This document shows, piece after piece, positions 38,706 to 52,800 of a stretch of 64,000 nucleotides of DNA; the first letter of the stretch is position 1, and every line of letters starts with the position of its first letter. Made by a program: the position numbers and the translations under genes. The notes below the pieces were generated by a model. It was not told the DNA's origin. It worked only from the letters and a program-made list of their open reading frames with translations, and ran no database searches. The stretch is taken from NCBI GenBank assembly GCA_963575745.1, contig CAUYUJ010000229.1:1-64000 (forward strand). Reading direction: 5' to 3'. This DNA comes from Prorocentrum cordatum (Eukaryota).

Positions 38706-40198
38706 ACTCGTAGAGCTTCCCCAAGCTAGTTGCTGGAAGCTTAAGAGTAATTCCGGCGCGCTGGAGAGCTAGTTGGCTCGAAAAAAGAACGGAACTTTTG
38801 GTGAACTTTTGGTCGGTTGAAAATTTTGTTCTCGAAATTCAACAATTCGTTAGAGCTCTAGTATTTTTTCCCGTGATATTCGATCTTATTCCCGCTCGCC
38901 ATCTTGATCTCAGCTCGATCGGGTAACTTTTAAGCCAAAAAGCACACTGGCGGGATCGGCCGTTTCGAGTCATCTTGATACGCGCTGTCGGTATTTTCTA
39001 CTTAACTCGAGCTGTAGGGCAGCTACAGTGCTGGTAAGCACAGCTATCGCACTCAGAATCATCAGGCGCGTTCGCCTGTTGAATCCATAGCTCTGAACTC
39101 GGTCTGCTAGCCGAGCTTGGTCCGCAAACCTATTCGTATTATTCGAGTCAACTTGATACGCGTTGTCGGTATTTTCTACTTAACTCGAGCTGTAGGGCAG
39201 CTACAGTGCTGGTAAGCACACCTATCGCACTCAGAATCATCAGGCGCGTTCGCCTGTTGAATCCATAGGTCTAAACTCGGTCTGCTAGCCGAGCTTGGTC
39301 CGCAAACCTATTCGTATTATTCGAGTCATCTTGATACGCATGGTGGGTATTTTGTACTTAATTCGAGCTGCAGGGCAGCTACAGAGCTGGTAAGCACATC
39401 CATCGCATTCAGAATCATCAGGTGCGTTCGCCTCTCGACTCCAGAGGTCAGAACTCGGTCTGCTAGCCGAGCTAGGTCCGCAAATCTATTCGTATTATTC
39501 GAGTCATCTTGACAAACGCTCTCGGTTTTCTGTACTTAACTCGAGCTGTAGGGCAGCTGCAGAGCCTATAGTCACAGAAATCGATTGGGAATTATCGGGC
39601 GCGCGTGTCTGTTGAATCGAGAGCTCTGAACTCGGCCTGCTGCCCGAGCTAGGTTCGCGAAACTATTCGTATTGTCCGAATCATCGTGAAAAGTGCTCTC
39701 AATTTTCTGCACTCAACTCGTGCTGGGGGAGGGCTACAGTGCTGCGGGTCATAGAAATCGATTTCCACACATCAGGCGCGTTCGTTGGTCGATTCGAGAG
39801 CTCGACGGAACTTTCGGTGACTTTTGCTCAGTGAAAATTTTGTTCTCGAGTTTCAACCATTCGTTAGAGCTCTAGTATTTTTTCCGCTCTCAGTTTTCTG
39901 CACTGAACTCGAGCTGTGGGGGGGCTGCAGGGTTGGTGGTCACAGGTTTCGGTTTGCAGACATCAGGCGCGTCTCTTTGTCGAATCCAGAGCTCGAAACT
40001 CGGTCTGCTGCCCGAGCTAGGTCCGCAAAGCTATTCGCATTGTTCGAGTCATCCTGAGCGTTGCTCTCGGTTTCCTGCACTCGACAGGAATCGATTCGGA
40101 GACATCAGACGCGTCCGCCTGTCGCATTCAGAGGTCTGAATTCAGTCAGGAAGCTCTACGAGTCTAACAAAGGTTGACGGTTTACCGCCGGCGCCCAG
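38706..40198 (+). mobile_element. Family A non-autonomous element (left arm of the 3' hairpin deleted)
   Basis: 5' ACTCGTAGAGCTTCC, ~180-bp internal repeats, 3' GGAAGCTCTACGAGT...CCCAG. Confidence 0.7.
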
Positions 40199-42829
40199 TG
40201 TCCGGGAGAGCTTCCGGCAAGCTTCCACGCGTGCCCGCGCGCGTGCAGGCGCGCACGGAAGCGTTTCTGCCAGCGCCTCGGCAGCGCTGAAGGGGGGCCT
40301 TCCAGAGCCCTCCAGGAAAGATTTCCCGTCCCCAAAAGATCTCTTTGCTCTCCGGGTTTTGGGCGCTACCATACCTCGTTGAGCTCTTCGGCATCGATGA
40401 GCAAGGGAAATTTCGGCGCGGGGTGGAGCTAGTTGGCCCAGCCGGCCGAGACGGACAATGTGACAGCTTTTGGGGGGTTTTGCGAAAATGTAAAAGATAT
40501 TTGGCCATTTATTTGAAAAAGCAAATTTTTACGCCGAACATTGGCATATGAACTCCTCTCTGACAGCAGCTCAGCTCTCGATGCATTTTTGCATGAGTTG
40601 ACTTCCGGGAACTGGGCGAATATGAACATCGAAGAAATCGAAATTCAAGATTTTCGAAAAAAAACTCCATTTTTTGATTATGTGTCGATTCTCTGCACTC
40701 TTACTAGTGAGAGGAGCTCTACGAGGTTCCTGACGGTGACCAGGTTGACGGTTCACCGCCGGCGCCACTTCGTTTTCAGAACCGGTATTTTTCGCATCTG
40801 TAGTGGGTTTTTTGACGTCTGCCAATGAATTCCCAGGTGGCAAGAAACATCTCGACGGAACTTTTGGTGACTTTTGGTCGGTTGAAAATTTTTTTCTGAA
40901 AATTTGAACATTCGTTGGAGCTCTAGTAATTTTTACCGTGATGTCCGATCTTATTCCCGCTCGCCATGTTGATCTCAGCTCGATCGGGTGAATATTACTA
41001 TCGAACAGCACTGTGGCGGGATCGGCCGTTTTCAGTCATCTCGATACGCGCTGACGGTTTTCTGAACATAGCTCGAGCTTTAGGACAGCTACAGAGCTGC
41101 TAAGTACAGCTAACCGATTCAGAATGATCAGGCGCGTTTGCCTGCTGAATGTGAAGGTCTGAACTCGGTCTGCTAGCCGAGCTAGGACCGGAAACCTATT
41201 CATATTATTCGAGTCATCTTGACTGGAAGCCGGCGGTAAACTGTCAACCGGGTAAGCACAGCTAATCGATGTAGAATGATTAGGCGCGTTCGCCTGTTCA
41301 ATCTAGAGGTCTGAACTCCGTCTGTTAGCCGAGCTACGTCTGCAAACCTATTCGTATTATTCGAGTCATCCTGACAGGAACTCTCGGTTTTCTGTACTTA
41401 ACTCGAGCTGTAGGACAGCTACAGAGCTGCTATCCACAGAAACCGATTCAGAATCATCAGTTGCGTTTGTCTGTCGAATCCAGAGCTCTGAACTCGGTCT
41501 GTTGCCCGATCTAGAATCACGAAACTATTCGTATTGGTCGAGTCATCTTGAGAAGTGCTCTTGGTTTTCTTCACTGAACTTGCGCTGAGGGGGGCTACAG
41601 TGCTGGTGGTCACAGGAATCGATTGGAAGACATCAGGCGCGTCCGTCTGTCGAATCCAAAGCTCGGAACTCGGTCTGCTGCCCGAATTAGGTGTGCGAAA
41701 CTACTGTATTGTTCGAGTCATCCTGAGAGGTGCTGTCGGTTTCCTGCACTTAACTCGTGCTCTAGGGGGGCTGCATGGCTGGTAATGATTGGAGTCGATT
41801 CGCAGACATCAGACGCGTCCACCTGTCGCATTCAGAGGCCAAACAATATTTACTATGAGTCGGAATGTTGGCAGGTACTGTCGGTTTTCTCAACTTAAGT
41901 CGAGCTAGGAAGCTCTACGAGTCTTCCAGCGGTAACCAAGGTTGACGGTTTACCGCCGGCGCCCAGTTTTGGGTGGTTTTGCGAATATTTGAAGAATATT
42001 TGACCATTTATTTTGAGAAAGCAGATTTTTCGCACCTGTAGAAGGTTATGAGGGTCTCAGCGTTTTAGTATGAACTCTCTAGATGCACTTTTACTATCAA
42101 AACACTTGGGGGAACCAACTTTGTGTCGACTTGAACAAAAATCGCGATTTCTCTTTTTCGAGAAATGCTTCCAGAAGCCCTCTCTTTTGATGCTGAGCAC
42201 TCACGCGTGCTAGGAGCTCTACGAGGTTCCCGGCGGTGACCAGGTTGACGGTTCACCGCCGGCGCCAGTTTTGGACGCTACCAAGTGGACGCTACCAAGT
42301 GATAACTTTCGGTCTGTTTTGCAAAAATTTGAAAGATATTTGAGAATTGATTTTGAGAAAGATTTTACTCCGAGCATTAGTATCTCAACTTTCTTATGCG
42401 AGCTCTTTCGAGACAGTTTTACTATCCAAACATTTGCAGGAACCGACGTCACGTTAACACGAGAAATGCAAATTTACGCCTTTCTACAAATGCTCTGAGA
42501 AGCTGTCTGCTTGAAATCTGAGCACTCTTAGTGCAAGGAGTTCTACGAGATTCCTGGTGGTGCCCGGGTTGACGGTTCGCCGCCTGCGCCAGTGGAGGCT
42601 GCCAAGTTCTTCGTAGAGCTCTTCCACATCGATGAGCTAGAGCAATTCCGGCGCGGGTAGGAGCTAGTTACTCGTAGAGCTTCCCTTAGCAAGTTGTTGC
42701 TGGAAGCTTAAGAGTAATTCTGAGGCTGGAGAGCTAGTTGGTAAGGAAATTCTCGACGGAACTTTTGCTGACTTTTGGTCGGTTCAAAATTTTGTTATCA
42801 AAATTCAACCATTCGTTAGAGCTCTAGTA

Positions 42830-44018
42830 ACTCGTAGAGCTTCCCTAAGCAAATTATTGCCGGAAGCTTAATAGTAATTCCGGGGCGCTGGAGAGCTAGT
42901 TGGCAAGAAAAATCTCGACAGACGTTTTGACACTTTTGCTCAGTTCAAATTTTGTTCTCAAAATTCAACTATTCGTTAGAGCTCTAGTATTTTTACCGTG
43001 ATATTCGATCTTATTCCCGCTCGCCATCTTGATCTCAGCTCGATCGGGTACCTTTGACTGCCAAAAAGCACTGCGGCGGGATCCGCCGTTTCGAGTCATC
43101 CGATTCGCGCTGTCGGTTTTCTCAAGATAACTCGAGCTTTAGGACAGTTACAGAGCTGGTAAGCAGAGCTAATCGATCCAGAATGATCAGACACGTTCGT
43201 CTGTTGAACGCAGAGGTCTGAACTCGGTCTGCTAGCCGAGCTAGGTCCGCAAACTTATTCGTATTATTCGAGTCATCTTGACCGACGCTCTCGGTTTTCT
43301 GTAATTCACTCGAGCTACTGGACAGATATAGAGCTGGTACGTACAGAAACCGATTCAGAATCATCAATTGCGTTTGTCTGTTGAATCCAGAGCTCTGAAC
43401 TCGGTCTGCTTCCCGATCTAGAATCGCGAAACTATTCGTATTGTTCGAGTCATCTTGAGAGATGCTGTCGGTTCTCTGCACTGAACTCGGGCTGTGGGGG
43501 GCTGGATGGCTGGTAATCGCTGGAATCGATTCGGAGACATCAGGTGCGTCCGCCTTTCGAATCCAGAGCTCGGAACTCTGTCTGCTGCCGAGTCCGCGAA
43601 ACTATTATTGTTCGAGCCATCCTGAGGTGCTGTCGGTTTCCTACACTTGACTCGGGCTGTAGGGGGCTGCAGGGCTGGTAATCACAGGGATCGATTCAGA
43701 GACATCAGACGCGTCCGCCTGTTGCATGGAGAGGTCTGACTCGAGCTAGGTTTGCCAAACTATTCGTATTGTTCGAGTCCTATTGAGAGGTGCTGTCGAT
43801 TTACGCACGTAACTCGGGCTGTAGGAGAGCTACAGAGCTCGTGCAGAAGACAATCCAGAAGCATCGGGGGCGTTCGGCTGTTACATCGGAGAGGTCTGAA
43901 ATTGTTTGGGCGGAAAAACTATTTATCAGTGTAATTTTCTTCGACATTACATGTTGTCAGGAAGCTCTACGAGTCCCCCGGCGGTAACGAAGGTTGACGG
44001 TTTACCGCCGGCGCCCAG
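42830..44018 (+). mobile_element. Family A full-length non-autonomous element (~1.2 kb)
   Basis: Both subterminal inverted repeats and an intact 3' hairpin. Confidence 0.8.
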
Positions 44019-47000
44019 TTTTTTTTCTCATTATATTCGATCCTATTCCCGCTCGCCATCTTGATCTCAGCTCGATCGGGTACCTTTTACTTCCAAAAAG
44101 CACACGGGCGGGATCGCCCGTTTCGAGTCATCTTGTCACGGTTTTCTCAAGATAACTCGAGCTTCAGGACAGCTACAGAGCTGGTAAGGTAAGCACATCT
44201 AATCGATCCGGAATGATGCGGCGCATTCGTCTGTTGAGCTGAGAGGTGTGAACTCGGTCTACTAGCCGAGCTATGTCCGCAAATCTATTCGTATTATTCG
44301 AGTCATCTTGACAGACGCTCTCGGTTTTCTGTCTTAACTCGAGCTACAGGGCAGCTACAGAGCTTTCACGTACCGAATCTGATCCAGAATCATCAGTGGT
44401 CGTTGTCTGTTGAATGCAGAGCTCTGAACTCGGTCTGCTGTCCAATCTAGAATCGCGAAACTATTCGTATTGTTCGAGTCATCTTGAGGTCGCTGTCGGT
44501 TCTGTGCACTTAACTTGCGTGGCTGGTAATCACTGAAATCGATTTGGAGACATGATATTTGTATTGTTCGAGTCATCTTGAGAGTGAAACTATTTGTATT
44601 GTTCGAGTCATCTTGAGAGTCGCTGTCGGTTTTCTGTACTTAACTCAGGCTGGGGGAACTATAGGGCTGGTGATCTCAGGGTTCGATTCGCAGACATCAG
44701 ACGCGTCCGCCTGTCGAATCCAGAGCTCGGAACTCGGTCTGCTGCCCGAGCTAGGTCCGCGAAACTGTTCGTATTGTGCGAGTCATCTTGAGAGTCGCTG
44801 TCGGTTTTCTACACTTAACTCGGGCTGTAGGGTGGCTGCAGGGCTGGTAATCACAGGAATCGATTCGGGGACATCAGACGCGTCCCACTATTGCATTGAG
44901 AGGTCTGAACTCGGTCTGATACTCGAGCTAGGGTTGCGAAACTATTCCTTTTGTTAGAGTCATTCTGAGAGGTGCTGTCGATTCACGCAAGTAACTCGGC
45001 TGTAGGAGAGCTACAGAGCTCGTACAGAAGACAATCGAGAAGCATCGGGGGCGTTTGGCTGTTGCATCGAGAGGTCTGAAATTGTTTGGGCTGAAAAACT
45101 TTTTTTTCTGTATATTTTTTTAGACATTATATGTTGTCAGGAAGCTCTACGAGTCTCCCGGCGGTAACAAAGGTTGACGGTTTACCGCCGGCGCCCAGTT
45201 GGCCCACCCGGCCGGGGCGGACAATGTGACAACTTTTGGGTGATTTCGCGAATATTTGAAAGATATTTGACCATTTGTTTGAGAAAGCAGATTTTTCGCA
45301 CCTGTGAACGTGAGGGCCTCTGCGTCTTAATATGAGCTCTCTAGGTGCACTTTTACTATCAAAACACATGGCTAAACCACTTTTATGTCGACCTGAAAAA
45401 AATCATGTTTTCTCTTTTTCGAGAAATGCTTCGAGAAGCCATCTCTTTTGATGCTGAGCACTCTTTGGGGTGCAAGGAGCTCTACGAGGTTCCCGGCGGT
45501 GACCAGGTTGACGGTTCACCGCCGGCGCCAGTTGGCAAGAAAAATCTCGACGGACCTTTTGCTGACTTTTGGTCGGTAGAAAGTTTTCTTCTCGAAATTC
45601 AACCATTCGTTAGAGCTTTAGTATTTTTTCCCGTGATATTCGATCTTATTCCCGCTCGCCGTCTTGATCTCAGCTCGATCGGGTACCTTTTACTGCCAAA
45701 AAGCGTCCAGGCGGGATCGGCCTTTTTGAGTGATCTTTATTCGCGCTGTCGGTATATTGCACTTAACTCGAGATAGAGGACAGCTACAGAGCTGGTAAGC
45801 ACACCTTATCGATTGAGAATGATCAGGCGCGTTCGTCTGTTGCATCCAGAGCTCTGAACTCGGTCTGCTAGCCGAGCTAGGTCCGCAAACCTGTTGGTAT
45901 TATTCGAGTCATCTTGACAGGCGCTCTCGGTTTCTGTACTTAACTCGAGCTACATGACAGCTACAGAGCTGATACTTACAGAAAGTAGTTCAGAGTCATC
46001 AGTCGCGCTTGTCTGTTGAATCCAGAGCTCTGAACTCGGTCTGCTGCCCGCTCTAGAATCGGGAAACTATTTGGATTGTTCGAGTCATCTTGAGAGGTGC
46101 TCTCGGTTTTCTGTACTTAACTTGGGCTGTATGGGGACTACAGTGCTGGTAGTCACATGAATCGATTCGGAGACATCAGGCGCGTCCACCTGTGAAACTA
46201 TTCGTACTGTTGGAGTCATCCTGAGGGATGCTGCCGGTTTTCTGCACTTAACTGAGGCTGTAGGGCGCTGCAGGGCTGGTAATGACAGGAATCGATTCAG
46301 AGACATCAGACGCGTTCGTCTGTCGCATTCAGAGGTCTGAACTCGGTCTGATACTCGAGCTAGGTTTGCCAACTATTCCTATTGTTCGAGTCATCTTGAG
46401 ATGTGCTGTCGATCCACGCACGTAACTCGAGCTGTAGGAGATCTACAGAGCTCGTACAGAAGGCAATCCAGAAGCATCAGGGGCGTTGGGCTGTTGCATC
46501 GAGAAGTCTCAAATTGCTTGGGCTGAAAACTATACGTTCTCTGCAATTCTTTCCGACATTATATATTGTCAGGAAGCTCTACGAGTCCCCCGGCGGTAAG
46601 AAAGGTTGACGGTTTACCGCCGGCGCCCAGTTCGGACGCATTGGCGGGCTAGTTGGCTCGAAAAATCTCGACGGAACTTTTGATGACTTTTGCTCAGTTG
46701 AAAATTATGTTCTCAGAATTTGAACATTCGTTTGAGCTCTAGTATTTTTTCCCGTTATTCGATCTTATTTCCGCTTGCCATCTTGATCTCAGCTCGATCG
46801 GGTACATGTTACTGCTAAAAAGCGAAATCACTGTGGCGGGATCGGCCGTTTCGAGTCATCTTGATACGCGCTGTCGGTATATTGGACTCAACTCGAGATA
46901 CAGGACAGCTACAGAGCTGGTAAGCACACCTTATCGATTCAGAATGATCAGGCGCGTTCGTCTGTCGCATCCAGAGGTCTGAACTCGGTCTGCTAGCTGA

Positions 47001-48279
47001 GCTAGGTCCGCAAACCTGTTCGTATCATTCGAGTCATCTTGACAGACGTTGTCGGTTTTTATACTTAACTCGAGCTGTAGCACAGCTACAGAGCTGATAC
47101 TTACAGAAACCGATTCAGAATCATCGGGCGCGTTTGTCTGTTAATTCAGAGCTCTGAACTTGGTCTGCTGCCCGAGCTAGGTCGCGAACTATTCGTATTG
47201 TTCGAGTCATCTTGAGAGGTGCTGTCGGTTTTCTGCACTCACTCGGGCTGTAGGGGGGCTACAGGGCTCATAATCACAGGACTCGATTCGGAGACATCAG
47301 GCGCGTTCGCTTGTCGCATTTAGAGGTCTGAACTCGGTCTGCTACTCGAGCTAGGTTCGCGAAACTATTCGTATTGGTCGAGTCATCTTGGGAGGTGCTG
47401 TCGGTTTTCTGCACTTAACTCGGTCTGTAGGGGGGCTGCAGGGGGCATAATCACAGGAATCGATTCGGACATCAGGCGCGTCCGCCTGTCGCATTCAGAG
47501 GTCTGAACTCGGTTTGCTATTCGAGCTAGGTTCGCAAACCAATTCGTATTGTTCGAGTTATCTTGACAGGTGCTGTCGATTTTCGCACGTAACTCGGGCT
47601 GTAGGAGAGCTACACAGCTGATACTCACAGAAACTGATTCGAAATCATTCTGCGCGCTCGTCTGTTGCATCCAGAGGTCTGAACTGGGTTTGCCTCTCGG
47701 ACTAGCTCCGCAAAACTATTCGCATTCTTCAAGTTACATTGGCAGATTTCGTCCCTCTTCTGCATTGAACTCGGGCTGTAAGAGCTACGAGCTGGTACGC
47801 ACAGAAAACGATCCAGAAGTATGAGAGGCGTTCGGCTGTTGCATCGAGAGGTCTGAAATCGCTGGGGCTGAGAAACTATTCGTTCTCTACAACTTTTTAA
47901 CATTATGTGTGATCAGGAAGCTCTACGAGTCCCCCGGCGGTAACAAAGGTTGACGGTTTACCGCCGGCGCCCAGTGGTGACCTCGGGTCGGTTTTCCGAA
48001 GATGGCGAGAGATTTTGAAAGTCGTTTTGCAAATTCGAATTTTACCCTATGCAGTCAATCATGACGCTTTCGATGGTGCAGTCCTCAGGGTCCTAGCTGC
48101 ATTATTTCGATCAAAAGACGGGGGGAACCAACATTCTCTACGACCGAGAACAACATTTCTTATTCTTTAAGCTGGTATTGAGAAGCGTTTTCCTGCTGTT
48201 CTCTCGGAACCGTGGTCTATTCAGAGCTCTACGAGGGTCCCGGCGGTAACCTGGTTGACAGTTTACCGCCGGCTTCCAG

Positions 48280-49755
48280 TCAAGATGACTCGAATAATAT
48301 GAGTAGGTTTCCGGACCTAGCTCGGCTAGCAGACCGAGTTCAGACCTTTACATTCAGCAGGCAAACGCGCCTGATCATTCTGAATCGGTTAGCTGTACTT
48401 AGCAGCTCTGTAGCTGTCCTAAAGCTCGAGTTATGTTCAGAAAACCGTCATCGCGTGTCAAGATGACTTGAAACGACCGATCCCGCCTGCCTGCTTTTTA
48501 GCAGTAAAAGGTACCCGATCGAGCTGAGATCGAGATGGCGAGCAGGAATGAGATCGAATATCATGGGGGAAAAATAATAGAGCTCAAACGAATGGTTGAA
48601 TTTCGAGAACAAAATTTTCAACCGACCAAAAGTCAGCAAAAGGTCTGTCGAGATTTTTCTTGCCAGCTAGCTCTCCAGCGCCCGGAATTACTGGGAGCCG
48701 GCAGTAAACCGTCAACCAGGTTACCGCCAGGAGCCTGGTAGAGCTCTTTTCTCGCGCGGCGCTGCTCTACGTATCAGCTCGCCAGCTCACCTACAGCTCG
48801 AGTTCAGTGTATAAAACCAACAGCGCATCCACAGATAACTTGAGAAATACGAAGAGCAATGTCGCCTAGCTCGAGTGCCAGACCGAGTTCGAACCTCTCG
48901 ATGCGAGAAAAGCACGCGCCGGGTGATACTGGACCGGTCTACATGCGAACCAGCTCTGTAGCTCTCCTAAATCTTCAGTTTGGGAAAACCGAGAGCACTC
49001 GTCAAAATAACTAATACGAATAGTTTCGCGTAGCAGAACGATTTCAGACCTCTCGATGGAACAGACGAACGCGCCTGATGATTCTGGATCGGTTTCTGTA
49101 AGTATCAGCTCTGTAGAATCTCGGGATAAGTACAGGAAACCGTTCACGTGCGTCCAAATAACTCGAAACGCCGACGGTTCCAGCAAGTGTTTTGATAGTA
49201 ATATTGCAGCTACGGACCTGAGAGTTTAACTGGCGGCATGATCTGCTACAGGTGGGAAAATTACCGGTTCTCAAAACGAATTTTCAAATTTTGCACAAAG
49301 ATCAAACAACCGACCCCAAGTCGTCACATTGTCTCTTAACGTCGGGTCGGCGAACTAGGAGCCGGCGGTAAACCGTCAACCAGGTTACCACCGGGAGCCT
49401 CGTGGAGCTCTTTTCTCGTGCGGGGCTGCCCGGTGCACATTAAGGGGGTTTCCTTCAAGATTTCTGTGCGAAAGAGCTCTCAAGCTCATCTGCAGCTCGA
49501 GTTTAGTGGGAAAAATCACCATCAGTCTCACAAAAAATCGGTCCCATACGAATAGTTTTGCAGACCTAGCTCGGGTAGCAGACTGTGGTCAGAGCTCGCT
49601 TCAGCCGAACGCCACTGATGATTCTGGATCGGTGTCTGTGCGTACCAGCTCTGCAACTCTGCTACAGCTTCAGTTAAGTACAGAAGATCGACAGCGCCTG
49701 CGAAGAGAACTTGGATAATACAAGTAGTTTTGCGGACCTAGCTCGGGTAGCAGAC
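48280..49755 (-). mobile_element. Minus-strand fragments of the same non-autonomous families
   Basis: Reverse-complement internal repeats (CAAGATGACTCGAATAAT) and reverse-complement 3' ends at ~48690-48746 and ~49355-49410. Confidence 0.75.
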
Positions 49756-49884
49756 GTGGAATAACTATGTCGTCGGATTTCGTTCGGTGCTCGAAACCTT
49801 GCAGATCCCCCAGGCAGAGTCCGTGAGTGATTTCTTGGAAAGGAAGCGTTGCGATGAATCCTTTCGCCGGAATGGCAAACTAGC

Positions 49885-52800
49885 ATGCACGCGCGCGATT
49901 ACATAGCACCTGTGTTTTCCAAGCTTGGCATGAATGGTGACACGTGCATGTGCTTCCCCCCCCCCTCTTCTCCTTGCTTCTGCCAGCGCATCAACGTGAG
50001 GGATTGGACTGAGATGGAAGATAAGTATGCTTTGCCACACGTTCGTCGTGCACGACGTTTGCTTGAATGCGAATCGTGGGATCGTCGTCTGGCTGTCGAA
50101 AGCGCCCGCTCTGTAGGCGTCATCATAAAAAATGTCAATTTGAATGTTCATTGCCGGTACGTTCAAGTGAAGGCTTGGAGACAGGTTACCGGTCTCTTGC
50201 GTTGTATGGGTTGCGTTTCTCTTCATGTCAGAAGGCCACTGCACTTGCTAAGTCGGAGATGAGCACTATGTTGGACATTCTTAACTTTCTGCACTCCATC
50301 TCTACCATCCGCCTGCTTGGTCTCTCTTCCTTTCGCCACCATCAGAAAGTTTACTCTGCCATTGTTCGCTCTGCGTCTGCTGTGTATTGCGATCGTGTCT
50401 CTCCCTTGTTCACCGCCCATGTTGTGTGCGCCTGGTTGTCCACAGATCACAATTTTATGTATGTCGGCAAGACGAATCGGGGGATGGACGTGCGCATGCG
50501 TGAGCATTTGGGTAATCTGCAGCGACCGGCCTCGTTCTCAAATCCCTGCTTATTACAAAATGAGGTCGTTGGATGTTGCTAGTTTTGTGTCATCCCTCTC
50601 GTTTGTTTGTCGTCGTCGTCGGATTTTGAATTGCGCGTGCTTGAAAAACGGTTCATTCATGCCCGTCGTCCTCAATTGAATGTTCCGTTTGTGAAACCAT
50701 GCGTCGATCTTCCTTGTCTGCCTTGGTTCTCAGATTGGGCGATATGCGACGGAAAGCTAATAGCAGCAGTCATGTTCTTAAATGGCTGCGCGATAACAAA
50801 CCCATCGTCGTGCCCTGGTGGTTGCAACGTCTGCCAAAGACGCTGTCCGGATCAAGCCTTGCCGTGGCTCGCCAGAGAGTGTTCCAGATTATTGACCGCA
50901 AGAGTTCTCGTTCTTTTGTTTCTTGTTCTCTGCTTCTCCCTTCTCTGCTGGATTCCCCCATTCGTCCTGCTCTCGCTTCTGCCATCCGTTCTCAATTATC
51001 CGTTCAACTTCCGGTTGGTACGTCTGTGCACTTGTTGTTCAAGCGATTGAAGGCACCATCCCCGAGGAGTTTGCTTTTGAATTCAAAGGTTTGGTCTAAA
51101 TCACTTGATACTTGTGAGTTCCCATGCACATGTGATGCCCTCTGTGATGAATTGTCTGTGGGCCGTTCCCAGAACGGACACGTCTGTTGCCTGTTGCAGA
51201 ACGCGGCAATTTCATCCAGCATTCCGGCTGGTTTCCATTCTGAGGGGGCTTGCGTTTGGAGTTTTGCTCAATTTCGCGATAGTTTGTTGCGTGCTGTTGA
51301 CACTCTGCACACGAAATGCGCACATGTTGTTCCGGATGTTTGTGTTGACTTGTCTGATGCTTGCGAGGAAATCGGGGCAATGTTTGCTCGAGCTGACGCC
51401 TTCAGAGGGTATGGCGTTTTACAATCTGATGTGGTGGAGTGGAGTCGTCGTCTTCGTCGTATTGCTGTCGTCTCCCCCGTTGACAAAATGCCATCTGCTC
51501 TTGCCATCTCCTGCCCTCGTTCTTGGCAGTTCCGTGCTCTTGAGGTTTTCCTTGGTAAGGGCAACGTGTGTCGCTCTTTCCCTGGCTGGAATTCCATCCA
51601 CAATGCTTTCTCGGAGTTGCAGTCTAAGCTGTCGTACACAGGCCTTCTTCCACGTGATGTCACTCATCACCAGTGTGGCCGAAAGCATCCAGCTTGCACC
51701 TCAAAGTCCGACCTCTGGGGTCTTACGCTAAGCATTGCATGCGTTCGTACTTCTCGCTTGCTTGCCGTGCTCTGAATTTCATGACCACCAATCTGTGCCC
51801 GGAGTCTATATCTGTGACTGCTGCGGAGAAGGTTGTGAGCAAATTTCACAACTTTAGTGTTGATTGCGTTGACAAGTGTTCTCGTGGCTTCACTCCCAGT
51901 TACGTGCCATTCAAGCGGGACATCGATAATTTCTTCAATAATGTTCCGCGCAACCTCATCAGTAAAGCCCTGTCCTGGGTGGTTGCTCGTTGGTATGAAG
52001 TCCATGGCTCTCGTCGTCGTTTCATCCGTCTCCCTCGGCTCTATAGGTACGCCCCTCGGCATCGCGAGTCCCCACATTGTTTCACTCGCGCCTTCAAGGG
52101 TCATGTCCGTAATTTGGCACGAGCTAACATGCCTAAACCGTCGCCTCACAATTGCCGTGTCGTCTCTGCTGACGATTATGTTCTGCGCGTGCATGACATT
52201 GTTCCCGTTGTGAACGCTGATTTAGACAGTGGGTTCTTACACTTCGGGAAGGGACTGTTTGTGCCGACTGTGGGGATGACGCAGGGTAGCAATTTGTCCC
52301 CTGGCGTGTGCAATATGGTGTGTTGTTTTCTGGAGTTCGAACGTATGCGATTGCCACCCCACGTTCCTTGCGATGGTATCCAATTTGTCACTATGATGAT
52401 TGCCCGGTGGGTTGATGACATATTCGGTGTGCTACGTTTCTGGCATCAGGCGCACCAGTCTGCACCGGATGTCCGGGCTCTGAGTGACCAATTCATTGAA
52501 AGCCTTATGGGGATCTATAGCCAAGCGGTCCATAGCCGGATCCGTAAGAAACGCACACATGAGTGCTTGAAACTGAAGGTCGAGGATCCTGCTGTCTTTG
52601 TTGGGTTCAATGTTGGCACTGCTCCTCATGTGTCTTTGTCCCCCCACAGCAAGAACGGTGATCTGTTTCATGCTGCTGTCGTGTGTGCTCCGTTCCCTCG
52701 GTTCCAGTCGTGGCACAGCAATAGGCCTCTCTCGGAAAAAGTGGGTTCCGTGCAAGGCTTGCTTGTACAATGCGTTGACCGTTGCTTGAACGTTGATCCC

